From contig NW_004797353.1 of NCBI RefSeq assembly GCF_000002075.1, positions 279,677 through 343,676 of the forward strand: 64,000 nt of DNA, written 5' to 3'. Source of the DNA: Aplysia californica. Its lineage: Eukaryota. A program made the position numbers and the translations under genes. Numbering within the stretch: the stretch's first letter is position 1; each line of letters begins with the position of its first letter. The notes under the pieces are model-generated. The model saw nothing but the letters and a program-made list of their open reading frames with translations. It was not told the DNA's origin and did not search any database. This document shows, in pieces, positions 35,301-47,754 of the stretch.

Positions 35301-38300
35301 TGCAACAATGTGATAAAGAATGACCTCTTGTGGGCTGCACACGTTCAGAGTAAACAACATAAAGAGGTATTCCCTTTTCTTTCTTTGTTGATTATGGTTT
35401 TAATTGTAGTTGTAAATTAATTTAGTGTGTGCAATCTCTTTGTTGTCTTTTATCATCATAAAACACACAGTGACAAAATCTTCATCCTTTTTTACATTTA
35501 AATCACCATGTTGCTGGTTTCTTTAGTTTTTGCATAAAATGTGACTTCAGTTATAGTGGCATGCATTTTAAAAATAAAATTACTTGTGTGAAGATTTAAA
35601 CTTTAAAAAAAAAAGTACCCCCGGGGCAGTGCCACTGACTGAAGTGTCTTTAGGCCATTCCCAAAGGGGGGACATTTCTCCTTCAAGCATAGTAGAAATG
35701 TAAATGGGCTGAGTCATGTCACGCTCATAACTGTGCCTGATCTACAACAGGGAACTGCTGCTTTTTCTTTCCTGATCCTTACTATTGTCATTTTCCTCTA
35801 CTTCTCTTGTTTGTTTGTCACTCTCTTGTGACCTGCTATTTTGGGGTGCCTTGATAGTCGAAGCAGACCTTGTGCTGTTGAAGCTAGACAGGTTAACAGT
35901 CTAAGTCTGATTCCCTGTAAAGACTTCTCTGTTGACACCCACCCCATGGCGCTCATATGACCTTATGCAGTAGCGAGCGCCGTAAAACCCTCTACTATAA
36001 TTTTTTTTAAAATAATGAACTTTAAAAAGGTAGGCTAATGTGTCTAAGGTTAGAAAAAAGTTTTATGTTACAAAGTGATAAAGTATTCAGCCCTATTATT
36101 TGTTTTTCTTTCCTTCGGCAAAAGATGTCATGTTGTGCTGTTTGAGAAAATGTGTTTTCTGTTTTCTTGTTGCTTTGATATTTCCTAGGAGCCTTAATTA
36201 ATGATACGGTATTTGCACATCATTTCAGAGGGCTATTGCCCTAAAGACACAAGGACCTGCCAAGCCTGCTCATTTGGAAGCCACATCAGTCAAACGAAAA
36301 GCAGATGCTGTTGGTGGGGTTGACCCTAAAAGGAAGAAAACAGGTGCGTTTCTGCTGTCTTTTTATCAGGAGAGGTAATTCATTATCATCATTTGATTTC
36401 CTTTCTCCGTCTGGATCACAGAAAAGACCAACAGCGAACGTTTTCCAGTTTTTTTCCAATTTTGTATAATAGCTTCTTGACATTATTTCATGTCTTTCCA
36501 CTTTTCTGTACATTTTTCTCAGTGACTTATCTCCAGGTTCAAAGTGGCCCTCCCTAGAATATTTTACTGATCATTGTCTGGGTGGGTTTTTTTTACTGGC
36601 AGCGCTCTGAGATTATTAATCATTTTTTGGTACTCTATTATTATTTCAAATTTCCATCCTGTTCCATGAAGATTTGCTTCTCCTGTTCACACACATGACG
36701 CGGGATATTGATATACTCAGATTACAGCAAGTCAAAGTTTCAAATTGTATGGATTTGAGACTTGGAATGCGTCTTAGACTTGCATAAAGAGGATTTAGGT
36801 TTTCTTGAACAAGTGTTTAAGGAAGTTACTGAGGATCAGATGGACAGACAAGGTCACCAACGAGGAAGTATTAAGAAGGAGACAGAGCCCAGTCAGAGAT
36901 GAGGTGGGAAGAAGGCGTTAGCGATGGATTGGACATAGTCTCAGGAAGTCAAGCAGCTGCATAACAAGGAAAGTGTTAGATTGGAATCCAAGGGTAAGAC
37001 CGTGTGGAACCTGGAGAAGAGTCATGGAAATGGATGTACAGAAAAGTGGGAAGACATTGAGTGACATCAAGTGACTAGGGATAGGGAAAGGTGGAAAGTG
37101 TGTATTAGCGGCTTACATCCTGATCCAGGGTGAGAAAGGCAATGATGATGATCCTATTGTGAGTCTCAAGACTACGCTTATCAAGTTTCCCCTCCCCTTT
37201 ACCTTTATAGCTTTCCATCTCTGACCGAGTTCTCCCGCCTTTGTCCTTACGCACCATTACATTGTGACCACACCAGGGCGTAGTGTAGAACACAGCAATT
37301 AAGATTCAGTCTGCTTTGCAAATTCGAGAGTAGAGACAACTGCTGCTATGGTCAGGGAAGAGTTCACAGTTTAATGTGATCCTGCCAGGAGCGAATTTGT
37401 AGGCCATACCCACCCAGTATGTGATGTAAGTTTAGGTGGAGAGCTCAGATGCAAGTGCGATGTTAGGAGAAAACAAACGCGTCTGCGTTTTCACACCTCG
37501 GTGTGATCCCGTCCGGGGCAAACATTGTACCGTTTCATCGTGACTTACTGCGCACATGTGATCACATTTACTAGAGTGGTTGATCTGTGACACAATGGGT
37601 AGTTCAATGATAGCAAATTTTCTTTCTAGGTTGATCAGCTGTGCCTGCCCGCATTTTTGTTCTGTAAATTATTATCTGAAATGCGGGATCTTAACCGAAT
37701 GTAGACCTTCAGAGTGAATCAGAGTGGGATCTTAAGGGTGACTTTTGTAAAGTAAAAATTCTGTTTTCTTAAAACAGCGGGATCTTTAGCGAACCGGGAT
37801 CGTAAGCGATGGGATCTTAAGTGGAGACTACTGTATACAATTTGAAGGTTTGAAGGTATGTGTAGGTTTTCTGCATATGTGCGTTGATTGGAGCAAATGA
37901 GTCACTGTGTGTTTATACCTGACATTTAAGAGTTGTTGTAAAGTGCACATTCCTCAGCAGGTGATAAGAGGATGTCACTAGCAGTGGCTACTTCTTTTAT
38001 TTCCCCTCTGTTGTTCCTGTCAGTCTGGCTGGCTCTTTCCCTACAATAAATGACCGCTATTGTATTGATGTGCTGTTTTTTACGCAAACGAACAAAGCTT
38101 ACACCTCCAGTAATGACAAGATAGTGAAGATCCTACCAGCAGTTACTTGTAAGTTAAATAAAGGGCAGGCCTTATTATTCTATCCTTTGCAACTTTTTAA
38201 AATTTATCCTCACTTCTGGTATTTTATCTGCATTTCAGAAACAGCCCAACCTGTAAAATCAAAAAGGTAAATATAGTAATTGTTTGTCTGATTACAAGTT

Positions 38301-41300
38301 AGAATCTATACATTTATGTTCCTGTGTTGATATCTTGATTTTCGTTGTTACTGGTGTTTTACTAGCTCTGTTATTTATATATGGGATCTTATTTGGGCTA
38401 ACCAGGTAACAGTCTCTTGGGGGGAGGGGGGTTGGAGGATGGGGGAGATTTACTCTTTGGCATTATTTGATTGCTCTGTATGGATTATGAAACCGATTTG
38501 TAAACTAACAACCTCGAAGCAAAAGAAATAATTCATGCTACAAGCAGCCTCAAGTGATGTGTCTTTGTGTAGCCGTGCAAAGTTCGGTGTGCTACGTCTC
38601 ACATGAAAGAGCATTAGGAAAATCAGGTCTAAATATAAAATATTTTCAGCTGTCTTTGTAAGCTTGTCATGTGTGTGTTCTACAGACTGTTAGAAGTGGG
38701 AGCAAGTTATTTTCTCTGTGGATCGATTCCATTTAATGTTCTTGAACGCTACGATAATTCTGATTAGATAGGCTACCTTAATGCATTGTTTTTGCTGCAC
38801 ATATTCTGTCTGTTCCTACTATAGATTAAATTGTATCTAGAACTAAATGTCCAGCTCCAATAATAAACTGATTTGTGCTTTCAGTTTGCCTTCAGATTTC
38901 TTTGATGATAATGCTCAGCGCCAAGAGACACGAGAGAAGGCAAAAGCAGCGTTTTTAGCAGGGTATTCTTCTTCAGAGGAAAGTGATGATGATGATGAGA
39001 ATGATGATGATGATGAGAATGATGATGATACGGGTCAGACAAAGACACAACCAGATTCTTCCTCATCAGCAGCTGCAGCAGCAGCAGCATCAAAAAAGGG
39101 CCTTCCTTCAGGTACGCCGAAGTATATATTTTCTATTAAAAGATAAAGAAATTATATTAGGTCTACTCGAAGTGTAAATGGTAAATGAACTTTATGCATT
39201 CATTCCTTCTTTTATTTTTAAAGGAAAGGACTGAAAAGTAATCAACTTAGAATTAGGCAATGCTCCTTCGCATCAGAAAACACTGTTTGTGTTGTATTGC
39301 ACTACCTTAGAATTACAAAGTTTTATCTGCTCATTATCTAGTTTTGAGAAATTTGACCTAAAAATAATTTTGTGTCTCACTATATGTCAAGCTTTTTCAA
39401 ACTTTGTAATTCTAAGGTAACGATTAGTCAACATTTTGCGCCCTGTTGTGCTGATGCATATTATTTACAAGGCCAATGCCTATCTGAAAATACTGATTGC
39501 CCAATTCAAAGGAGGAAGAAAAGGATAGATGAGAAGCGTTAAAACTCAGTTTTCTATGCTTTCTATTTCAGATTTCTTTGACCCTGGCGAGGAGCCATCA
39601 GGCTCAGAAGAGAAACCAGAGTCCCAGCAGAACAAGAAGATGTCAGAAATTTTACCAGAAGGCTTCTTTGATGACCCTAAGATGGATGCTAAGGTAAATG
39701 GAACAAAAGTCTATGGTTGTATTTGTATGTAGAAGAAAGTACTGTGAAAAAGGACAGGGTCGTCTTACTCAAAAAGATAACAAGAAGTTGACCCCAAAAA
39801 GTTATCTTGTTTTAGAATCTGTCTTAATATTTTTTTATGAATTGCTTTTATGAGTTTTTAAATCTGACTAGGCTGTTGATAAAAGCTTATAATACTCGTA
39901 CGGGTAGTGTTTTATGTGGGCGGTTGGCGGGTGCTCTGGTGTGGTTTGCTCCTTCTTTCCTATTAAACATCTATCATCTTTATCTCCCCTCCTTTTTTAT
40001 GTTTGTTACTGTCTTATAACACCTCTAATCTTCTGGCGCTCATATGACCTTATGCAGTTGAGAGCGCCATAAAAGCTCTACTAAAACTAAAAAAGAGTGT
40101 TTTATAAATGCAATGTATTATTATTATTATATCATTCTTGCAATAGCTAATTCAGTTTCAGAGCTGTGCAGTGCATTTTCACAGAGTGAGATCAGTTAGC
40201 CTAAGATGCAAAACATTTCTCTCATTTGTTCATAGTGTTTGTTTACTGTACTAACCCAAAGAGTTTGTTATACATAATAAATAAAACCTTTTTTTCCCCC
40301 AAAACCATCTCTTTTCATCAAATTGAATAAGGAAGTTTAGGTGTTTTCACTCACCCATAGACACAATTTAGTCTTATCATCAATCCTGCATTTTTTATTG
40401 CGTACTTTTCATGGCAAGGGTTCTTACTGCTGTGTCCTATGCTATGAATACCAAATTTATCTCTGTGCATTTTGTGGATTCTCTTACCCTCACATCTCCA
40501 TTCTCAGGTCAGGAAAGTGGAGTACAAAGACAAAATGGAGGAGGAGTGGGACCTGTTTCAGAGAGCCATGAAGGAAGAAGCTCATGTAAGTATGGGGTTG
40601 TTTTTGTTTGATTTGTGGTGGCATGGTCTGCCTTTCCATTTTCCTCAAATCTCAAAGATTGCTAGAGAGTTAGATGGGCGGGTGACATGATACTGCCCCC
40701 AACTGTTTTCTGTAAGACTTGACAGCTGTTCATATGACCTTGTGCAGTTGCGAGCGCCGTAAAACCCTCTACTATTAAAAAAAAATAAATAAATGACAGT
40801 TGTGTTCTGCTTTCAATAATTTCATGCTCAATAGAGAATTTTGGAAAGGGACTCAAGTACAATTGACTTGTGGGCTTTGTTCTCATTACTATTTACAAAT
40901 CCAGTCTTGAAAATTAATAACTTTGCTGTAGAGTTGGCAAATCTGTGAAGAGCAATGCTGAAAATCTATACTTTCTGTATATCATAAAATTTTTTCTCTT
41001 TAACTCCTTCGTTGCATTATGACATAGGCTACCTGGTACATATTGAAAATTCATAATTTTTAGCACTGAGCTGAACCATGTACGTCACGGAAGTGGGCAA
41101 AATTTGTCGCTCCTGATTGTTTATGTGACGTTACATGTATGTCATGATAATAGCCTAGCTCTAATTCTTCTGTACAGAGTTTTAGCCACAAACGCTGCAT
41201 AGATTCATATTTGAAATAAAAGATGCGCGTATTGGTACCAAATTTGCTAATATTATTTTACTGCTAGGCTTGCAAGCAATCGATAAATACAGATCTAGGC

Positions 41301-42915
41301 TTGCGGGAGGCCGTGTGCTCTCGTAAAACGTCAAAATCGAAGTGACTTTAAAAAGTCAAACAAATTCACTTTTTTAGTTAGATTTGCAGGTTATTCGAAA
41401 TTATGAGTAAGATGGGAGGAAATGGGGAATAAGAAAAATGACAATCGAAGACCCGATATCCGAAATATGTCTTGAGTGATATAGATCTAGATCTAGACCG
41501 TGCGTCCATTACTACTGAGACTTTAAGCTACTTCTTGGGAAACGAGCTCAGCTAAAAATCCAGTGCTGACAGTAGGAACGTTTACCCCCTGGCAACGAAC
41601 GGGTTAAGCAACAAAAAACATGGGTAAAACACAGAAAATCCAGCGGCCCCTCAGATTTTGATTTAAGTTTAAGTGGACTCCACTGTGTTTGCTGTCTTTA
41701 GAAGTGATGATCCACTGGTGTAAATCTCATGACACAGATATAGATAAAATTAGTGATTTTGAATTAGGGTGATACAATCGGTTTGTCACTATTTGATGTC
41801 TTTTAATAAATGATCTACTGTTGTTGCCATAACGTTATTTAGAGAATGTGTCTAACTTTTTCTTCCTCTATCCCCAGGTTTCTGAGGTCATCATGGAAGA
41901 AGAGGATGAGCAGGCCAATCTGGACAGAAACATTGATGAGATTGACGACCAGATGTAAGTCACAGGGGTTGTCAAGTCTATGAATCCATCAACCTTATCT
42001 CTCCTCCGTCTTTTTTGTGTTTGCTACTCTCTTGTAACACCTGTAATCTTGGGCACTTATATGACCTTATTGCGTTGCTAGTGCCGTAAAACTTTTACTA
42101 AAACTAAAACAAAAGTCTATGAGTGTTGTCTCTGAAAGAATACTGTGGTACCTCAGTTGATGTGACCCTGGAGTATAGGGAGAGTGGTCATGATGCAAAT
42201 CTCTTTATGAAATTGGGATAATTTGGATGAATTAAGTTTTGCTCCCCATCTTGAACAAGGATGAACATGAATCACTTTCTGATTTTTGCACCCTTTACTG
42301 CTCCTAAAATTTTGTGTAAAAGTGCATAATTCAAAGCTAGCAAATCTACCTAGGGCTGTTAATTGTTCTATGATTGTCAGACAAATTCATATTCCCTGTA
42401 CTGTTGCCCTGAGAACTTTTTTTAACTGCTACCCTCGTAATGTGTGACATTCACAGAAAACCCAGCTGTGCTCATTCCTCCTTTAGAAATATCAGTATCA
42501 GAACAATTTTAATTCAAACATAGAATTTACTTTGCAAAATTTCAATTTTAATGGATAGTTACTACTTTAGACATTTAGTTTGCAATTTTTTGTCTTTATT
42601 ATTTTGTGCAAAATGTGTACATTTATTTGAGTTTGAGGTGCTGAAAAATGAACTCACTGACTGAAAACATCATAGTCCAAGCACAATTTTTTTACTGAAA
42701 AGTTACAATAGTTCTTGTCAGTATTGTCATGGTCTTCTTTTTTCCCCGTTTCCAGTCACAGGTGGCAGGAAGTGGAAAACCTCCATGTGAAGAAAGAAAC
42801 CATTCTGAAGACGACAACAAAAGAAGGACAGAAGGATGAGGACAGTGGGGACGATTTAGAGGAGGAAGACCTCGACCAGTTCTTGGAATGGCGGGCCAAG
42901 AAAGTGATGAAATGA
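19164..42915 (+). CDS. ZNF830: Zinc finger protein 830 (CCDC16/OMCG1) homolog, 9 exons, 339 aa
   Basis: Exons: 19164-19276, 35267-35366, 36229-36343, 38239-38266, 38885-39111, 39572-39693, 40508-40585, 41878-41954, 42756-42915. They total 1020 nt and all phases match. Motifs: [11 protein letters not shown]...[31 protein letters not shown] zinc finger, [32 protein letters not shown]-terminal FLEWRAK. Confidence 0.95.
19379..19471 (+). mobile_element. Second copy of the Sola2 left terminus, running into a 100-N gap
   Basis: Identical to 23593-23685 and preceded by ATAT (19375-19378). Confidence 0.85.
20941..21505. mobile_element. hAT-type MITE with an 8-bp TSD
   Basis: GTGGCAAC flanks both sides (20933-20940, 21506-21513). 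Imperfect TIRs TGGAGG...ATTCGATAC and GTATCGAAT...CCTCTA, with repeated TCGA[AG]TAC subterminal motifs. Confidence 0.7.
22528..22752. repeat. (CTAGAT)n self-complementary hexamer repeats
   Basis: Runs of TCTAGATCTAGA at 22528-22578 and 22680-22750. Shorter runs occur at about 22150 and 41480. Confidence 0.8.
22775..23585. mobile_element. MITE-like element with palindromic ends and an internal tandem duplication of about 200 bp
   Basis: CTATTCTCACCCGGGGTGAGAA-type palindromes cluster at both ends (22777-22870, 23515-23575). The internal units at about 22900-23095 and 23100-23290 align with each other. Confidence 0.55.
24304..32590 (+). CDS. Sola2-type DDD transposase, 7 predicted exons, about 955 aa
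   Basis: Exons: 24304-24385, 27098-29373, 29976-30071, 30460-30525, 31089-31160, 31572-31682, about 32420-32590. Motifs: [50 protein letters not shown], a Cys-rich CLCEPC...CGECG region, and C-terminal VRYMKP...YIWPEPDD...GRYKF. No stop in the 2276-nt main exon. The last acceptor is atypical. Confidence 0.85.
30551..30820 (-). mobile_element. Short retroposon family B, 5'-truncated, in a Sola2 intron
   Basis: Aligns with the 3' two-thirds of 31883-32278. Confidence 0.8.
31883..32278 (-). mobile_element. Short retroposon family B, full length, in a Sola2 intron
   Basis: Full-length alignment with the other B copies. TSD ATGAAAGTCT. Confidence 0.85.
32954..33350 (+). mobile_element. Short retroposon family B, full length, in the Sola2 3' region
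   Basis: Starts CCCCCCGGGGCGGTGCCACTGACT and ends GCCGTAAAACCTCTA(CTAAAA)n. TSD CATTGGACA at 32945-32953 and 33351-33359. Confidence 0.9.
35618..36000 (+). mobile_element. Short retroposon family B, full length, in ZNF830 intron 2
   Basis: Same 5' start and 3' hairpin tail as the other B copies. Imperfect TSD AACTTTAAAAA. Confidence 0.85.
36690..37150 (+). mobile_element. Decayed 3' end of an RTE-clade LINE
   Basis: Broken translation [21 protein letters not shown]...RWIGHSLRK...RKVLDWNP...WRR...DRERWK, followed by a (TGA)n tail. Confidence 0.75.
37680..37834. mobile_element. One terminus of a Tc1/mariner-pogo-like MITE
   Basis: Five GGGATC[TG]T[AT]A-type repeats end in ...GACTACTG followed by TA. 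The matching end was not found. Confidence 0.45.
39916..40092 (+). mobile_element. Short retroposon family A, full length
   Basis: TSD AGTGTTTTAT on both sides. Confidence 0.88.
40665..40790 (+). mobile_element. Retroposon with the same 3' tail but a different upstream sequence
   Basis: CATATGACCTTGTGCAGTTGCGAGCGCCGTAAAACCCTCTACTA followed by an A-rich tail. Confidence 0.55.
41004..41603. mobile_element. piggyBac-type non-autonomous element, 600 bp
   Basis: TTAA flanks both sides. Termini are CTCCTTCGTTGC and GCAACGAACGGG (2 mismatches in 12 bp). Confidence 0.7.
41982..42112 (+). mobile_element. Short retroposon family A, 5'-truncated
   Basis: 3' half of family A with TSD AAGTCTATGA. It sits about 27 bp from the ZNF830 exon 8 donor. 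Confidence 0.8.
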
Positions 42916-43540
42916 ATTCATCGGAGAAAGAAATTAAGACAAAACTATGACAATAGAATAAACAAATGTAAGGAAAATCTCGTCCTTATTCTGTGGAACA
43001 ATGTTGTTTGCTACTGCCCACTGCCATGCAAATGTTACTGAAATCAGTCATGCTGGTAATGAAGTGAGAGGAATGCTCAGACAATTTGAAGGTGGACCAA
43101 GCTGTCAGTGTTAGGACAGCCCTTGCTGTGTAATCGTGAGCTAAGCGATATAACTGATGAAGACCATAACGCCAAGAGGTTTGCTGTTGTTGTTTTTGTC
43201 ACGATTGACTGATGGTGTTGACAGGAACAGATGCAAACATGTATTCTGACATGAGATGGAAACTGATGAAGGTACAGCCGTGGTAAGGGAGAAATCATGA
43301 TCTGAAAACTGTCTTGAGTGTTTCTTTGATTTTTTACTTGAATTGAGGCTGTAATTTACTGAAGAAACAGGTAAAGGGTAAGTTTGAAGTATTATCCATA
43401 AGGGCTGGGGGGGTTTTAATATAACACTTTTAAACATAGTTCATACAGAGATACTAAAAAAATACAGTTTGCCATCTGTAATATTTGATTTTTTAAATTC
43501 ATTTGTGAGGCATGCTGACAAAATGAGTCAAAGTAAGCTG

Positions 43541-46480
43541 GGGCTGCCATTTCCTCCGCTAAACTCCGCTACAGCGACAGCGGGCCCATCAGAAAGAGAG
43601 TTGCTGGGAGCAGGGTGTCTGCCATGCCCCGGGAATTGGAAAAAAATTACAGAGACCTGGGAAAATGCATAAAAGATCTTGAATATTTGAAAACCAAATC
43701 CAATGACGTCATTATCAAATTCATTTTTGCCTATCGCGATTGTGATATTAATTCAGCTTTTCCCGGTCTGAGATTACGTTACACGCGGAATTGTATGTGA
43801 CACCGAGGCTCGACCGGAAAATCAAGATCTACTTTTGCTTTCGTTACCACCCAGAAATTTGTCAGTCATAGTCTGATAATGCAACATTTGTAACATGCAT
43901 GTTCTGCATTACAAACGGGGTGTTGCCATGAGAATTAATCAATATTCATCACTGTGCTGTCACTTGTGGAGACAAAAAGAAAGTTATTATCAGTGATGTT
44001 TGTGACCAAAAGTGAAAAAGGAGGAAAATGTCGCGTGACATATAAAAGTCAGTTTTCCCATTAAAGACTCCCATCTTTAAAACAACTTGAGGGGACAGAT
44101 AAAAGCTAAAATAGCTGTACTTACATTATCTTCAACTTGAGTAGGCATACAGGCATCCCCCTGTTAACATTTTCTTCTCTTGTTGAAAGGCCCTTGCAAT
44201 GAAGACTGGTGTCTCTTGAAGGCCTTCTTGATGGCGCTCTCTTTGATCATTCTGGCTTTTGCAATTGTTGTCAGAGTGTGCACTTGCTGCTCTAAAGCTC
44301 TCTTCTTCTCCTCTTTTTATTCTCTAACTTTGTTCAGTTGCTTCCTGTATCTGGCATGGGAAGACTTCATAGAGCACGCAAAGTTAGGGTTGACAGCAGT
44401 GTGCAAGGTTTCCTTTCTCTTGAAGCAGTCCACAGCAGAAGTATCCCTTGACATCAGGAAATATTTGATGGTCTGGACAGCAGAAAATGTAGACATTGTC
44501 ATGTTGCCTGACTTAACCTTTATGATGTCTTTCATCCTGGAGAATGAGCCTTCAACTTGTGGCCCATGAAATATGGAGAGACATGCTCTGGCTAACTTCT
44601 GGAGTGTAGGAAACTTTTTTTGCTTGCTCCACCATGCATCCACTCTTTCATGTGTATTAGTGTTTGGAGTGATGTTATACTCCTTGATTTCAGTGGCCAG
44701 CAAATTCATTTTTACAGGGGTTAAATAGTGTGGACAATAATCCTTTAGATTATTGAGAGATTTTCCTACCACTGAATGGCAAGGCACTTCTGGATCAAGG
44801 GCAAAAAGGCATGCAAGGAACTTGTCAAACGGCAGGGTTGTCAAGAGGTGTTTGGCACAAAACATATATAGGCCTTTGAGACAGTCATGAGAAAACTGTT
44901 TTGATCAGCATAACCTTTGAAGAGTTTCAAAGTTGTTTTCCACACTGCCAACATCAAGTTTCAGGAGCTGGTTGGGAGAAAGGTCCACAATTTTCTCTGG
45001 CTTGAGGAAGCTAGCAAGAATTTCTTGGTAGTGCTCACTTGAAAATCATGCATCTTGTGCACCATTGGCTCAACACTTTGAAAAGTACACACATATTCTT
45101 TTAAAATTGGCAGTGCTGAAGAATAGAAGTTCAAGATCAAACTTGTCTGGGTGAAATGTGTGAACAGTCTATCTATAATCCTCTGCTTCCTGTCACAATT
45201 GTCTTTGCTCAGAGTTTTGAACATTTTCTTCAAACGCTGAAAAATCTGATGCTCTTTGATTACACCCTTGCTGTCAGGTTTGTAGAACTGATGGATGAAG
45301 TCATTGATTACATCTTTGTGAGTCTGGGGTGAAGAGATGAATGGAAAGTAGAACAACCTCAGCATGTCTAGTAATCTCAGAGTTGAGAAAGTGGTGTCAT
45401 ACACAGAAAGCCATCTGTGTGGAATAAAGCATTGAGGAGCACTGTACTTCACATTAAAGAGATCACAGAGCTCTGCAAGAATGTCCTTAGAAACAGATGA
45501 CCACTTAAAATCTGTGTTCAGATCATGAAAGAGCCTTTCTACCCTATCATCAAAGGGTTTGTAAAAAATTTTCACTGCATTATGTGTGTGGTGGCATGAG
45601 TCCCCATTGATATCTAGAAGGTGAGGAACATGGTTCCTGAGGCGCGCTTCAACTCCAGATTTTGCACCTCTCATGACACTGCATGAGTCAAGCGGACAAG
45701 ATTGCAGATTTTTCCATGGAATTGAATTGCTGTCAATGAGATTTTTGATGGCTCTGAAAATAGTTTCTGCATCTGTTTTAATCAGTTCCACAGAATCTAA
45801 ATGTTCAATTACAACTTGCTCTTCCACTGGGCTGTAGTAACTAACCAACACAGCTAGCACCTTTTTATTGTTAGAGGATGTTGCCTCATCAATGTTCAAG
45901 GAAAATGGACATGCCATCATGTTTTCAATAATCCCTTTGGTAAAGAAGTCTGACACTCCGTATTTCAGTTTATATGCAGCTGTGCATCTATCTAGGGAAA
46001 CACCTGCTAGGGCCTTTGGGTCACTTGAGCATTCACAAATTAATTCTACCAGTTTTGGAGCTACAGAAAAAGAAATGTTTTCTGCCATCATGCTCAAAAC
46101 CATAACTTCTAAATTGGCAGTGCAATTGCTCACAGGGATCAAGCTACAACTATCGTATTCACGAGGCTGACTTGGGGGTGGTTCAGAAGTCGAATGTTCA
46201 TCAGAAGAACCAGCAGAAGATTTATTAGACCTAGGTCTAAATAAAGGGAAAAGGGGTGTTTCTTGAGTCTCCTTTGAGAACTGACCACCAAGAGTATAAT
46301 TTGTCTTCCTATACTCCACTCGAGAAACATGTTTTGTAGATTGAACATGATCTACTAATGCAACCTTGCCTTTTTCACCATAGCTTATCACATCATTGCA
46401 ATACGAACAAAGGGCTTTGTTAGCAATGGAATCTCCAGGTTTTACATCCAATTTCAAAGGTGTCTCCAACCAGACTGGAT
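43541..46480 (-). pseudogene. Frameshifted hAT transposase (hAT5/hAT6-like) plus its 3' subterminal region
   Basis: ORFs 44961-46469 and 44317-44865. Motifs: BED-like ALCSYC...DHVQSTKH, FSLNIDEAT, LDSCSVMRG, DSCHHTHN, HRWLS, and DAWW...FPTLQKLARACLSIFHGPQVEGSFS. 43545-43990 is homologous to the 3275-4708 element. Confidence 0.88.
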
Positions 46481-47700
46481 TTCCTGACAGTTTATGGTGA
46501 AACCTAGATCAGCAAGAAGAGAAAACACAAACTCTTTTGTGTCCTCTATACTGCTACTGCTAGCACTGCCAATCAGGCAAAAATCGTCCACGTAGCTGAC
46601 ACTACGGAAATGTTTTTATCGAATGTGCTGCACCACAGTTCTGATAGTTTTGACAATGGCATAACAAGATACACTGAGACCAAATGGTAACACACAGAAC
46701 TCGTAGGTATCTTCAAATTCAAACCCCAGAAATTTTCTATGTTCCTCATGTATGGGTATTTGATGGTATCCACTTTTTATGTCTATTGTAACGAGGAGGT
46801 CATCTAGCTGGCACAACTTGATAATGGTTGAAATGTCTTCCTAAACCATGGACGGGCATTTCGAAACATTGTTGATTCTTTGTAGGTCGTGAATAAGACG
46901 AAACTTTTGTTCTCCCTTTTTAGGAACCACCGAGAGGGGTGAAACACAATGGGGTTTGTCTTTGGCGATCCGCACACAGTTTTTCGACTACAGCTCCTTT
47001 ATTTCTGATCTCACAAAATCATGCTCCTGACTTGAATTGTCTGTTCTCGAGTTCGAAGACATAGGAACGGCAACGAAAGGAATCCTGACCCCGTTAAAAA
47101 TCCAATCATGAATCACGTTATTGTTTGTTATAGCCGCCCAATTGTGAAAGTTTTGACGTAAGGGGTAAACAATACTCATGTCTCGCCCCTCGTGGCACGT
47201 CCGCCTTGTTATTGGCCGGGGCCAGTCCACTCGTCGCTTTGTGCGGGGCGATCAGGAAAACTTGACCTGTTGTTGCCAAAGCATTGTCTGCTGCGGGAGC
47301 CCAACCTTGGGTTTCTGAACCACATGTTTTGATAGCCGCCTCGCGAGTAGTGTGTCGACCTGCCACGACTCGCGTTGTATCTGTGGCTGGGCGAGCCTCT
47401 GTGCTTGGCGGAGATCGCTGCTAGCTCAGTGGCCACCCTGATGTTGCTTAGCGATTTTTCATTAAAGACAGCACAGTTGGCTAAACAATTTGCTTGTTTC
47501 TTCGTCGAAAGTGGACTTGACGAGACCGCTGTATTCCGACAGTAAAAAGTTAATTTGAGCTTGCAAAACTGGACAGGGCATTCATTTCGCAGTTCAGCAG
47601 ATACGGCGACCATCATCAAATCGCGGAAGTCGGGGAATCCAAGGAAAGGCGAGGAAATTCCTCTCTGGTCTTCAATTTCTGCGGCATAGCCATGAAAGGT
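46480..47700 (-). mobile_element. DIRS-type retrotransposon fragment (end of gag plus decayed RT)
   Basis: An R/G/S-rich gag tail is followed by LRQNFHNWAAITNNNVIHDWIFNGVRIPF, VSPLSVVPKK..QKFRLIHDL, DIKSGYHQIPIHEEHRKFLGF, VLPFGLS and SYVDDF. Contains stops and frameshifts. Confidence 0.8.
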
Positions 47701-47754
47701 AGAACAAAGGATTCAGTAGTTCCAAGAATCTTTGTAGAGCATGTAGCAAAGATA

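Noticed and set aside
43140-43300. CTGATGA motifs downstream of the ZNF830 stop as hammerhead cores
   Set aside because: No stem II followed by GAAA.
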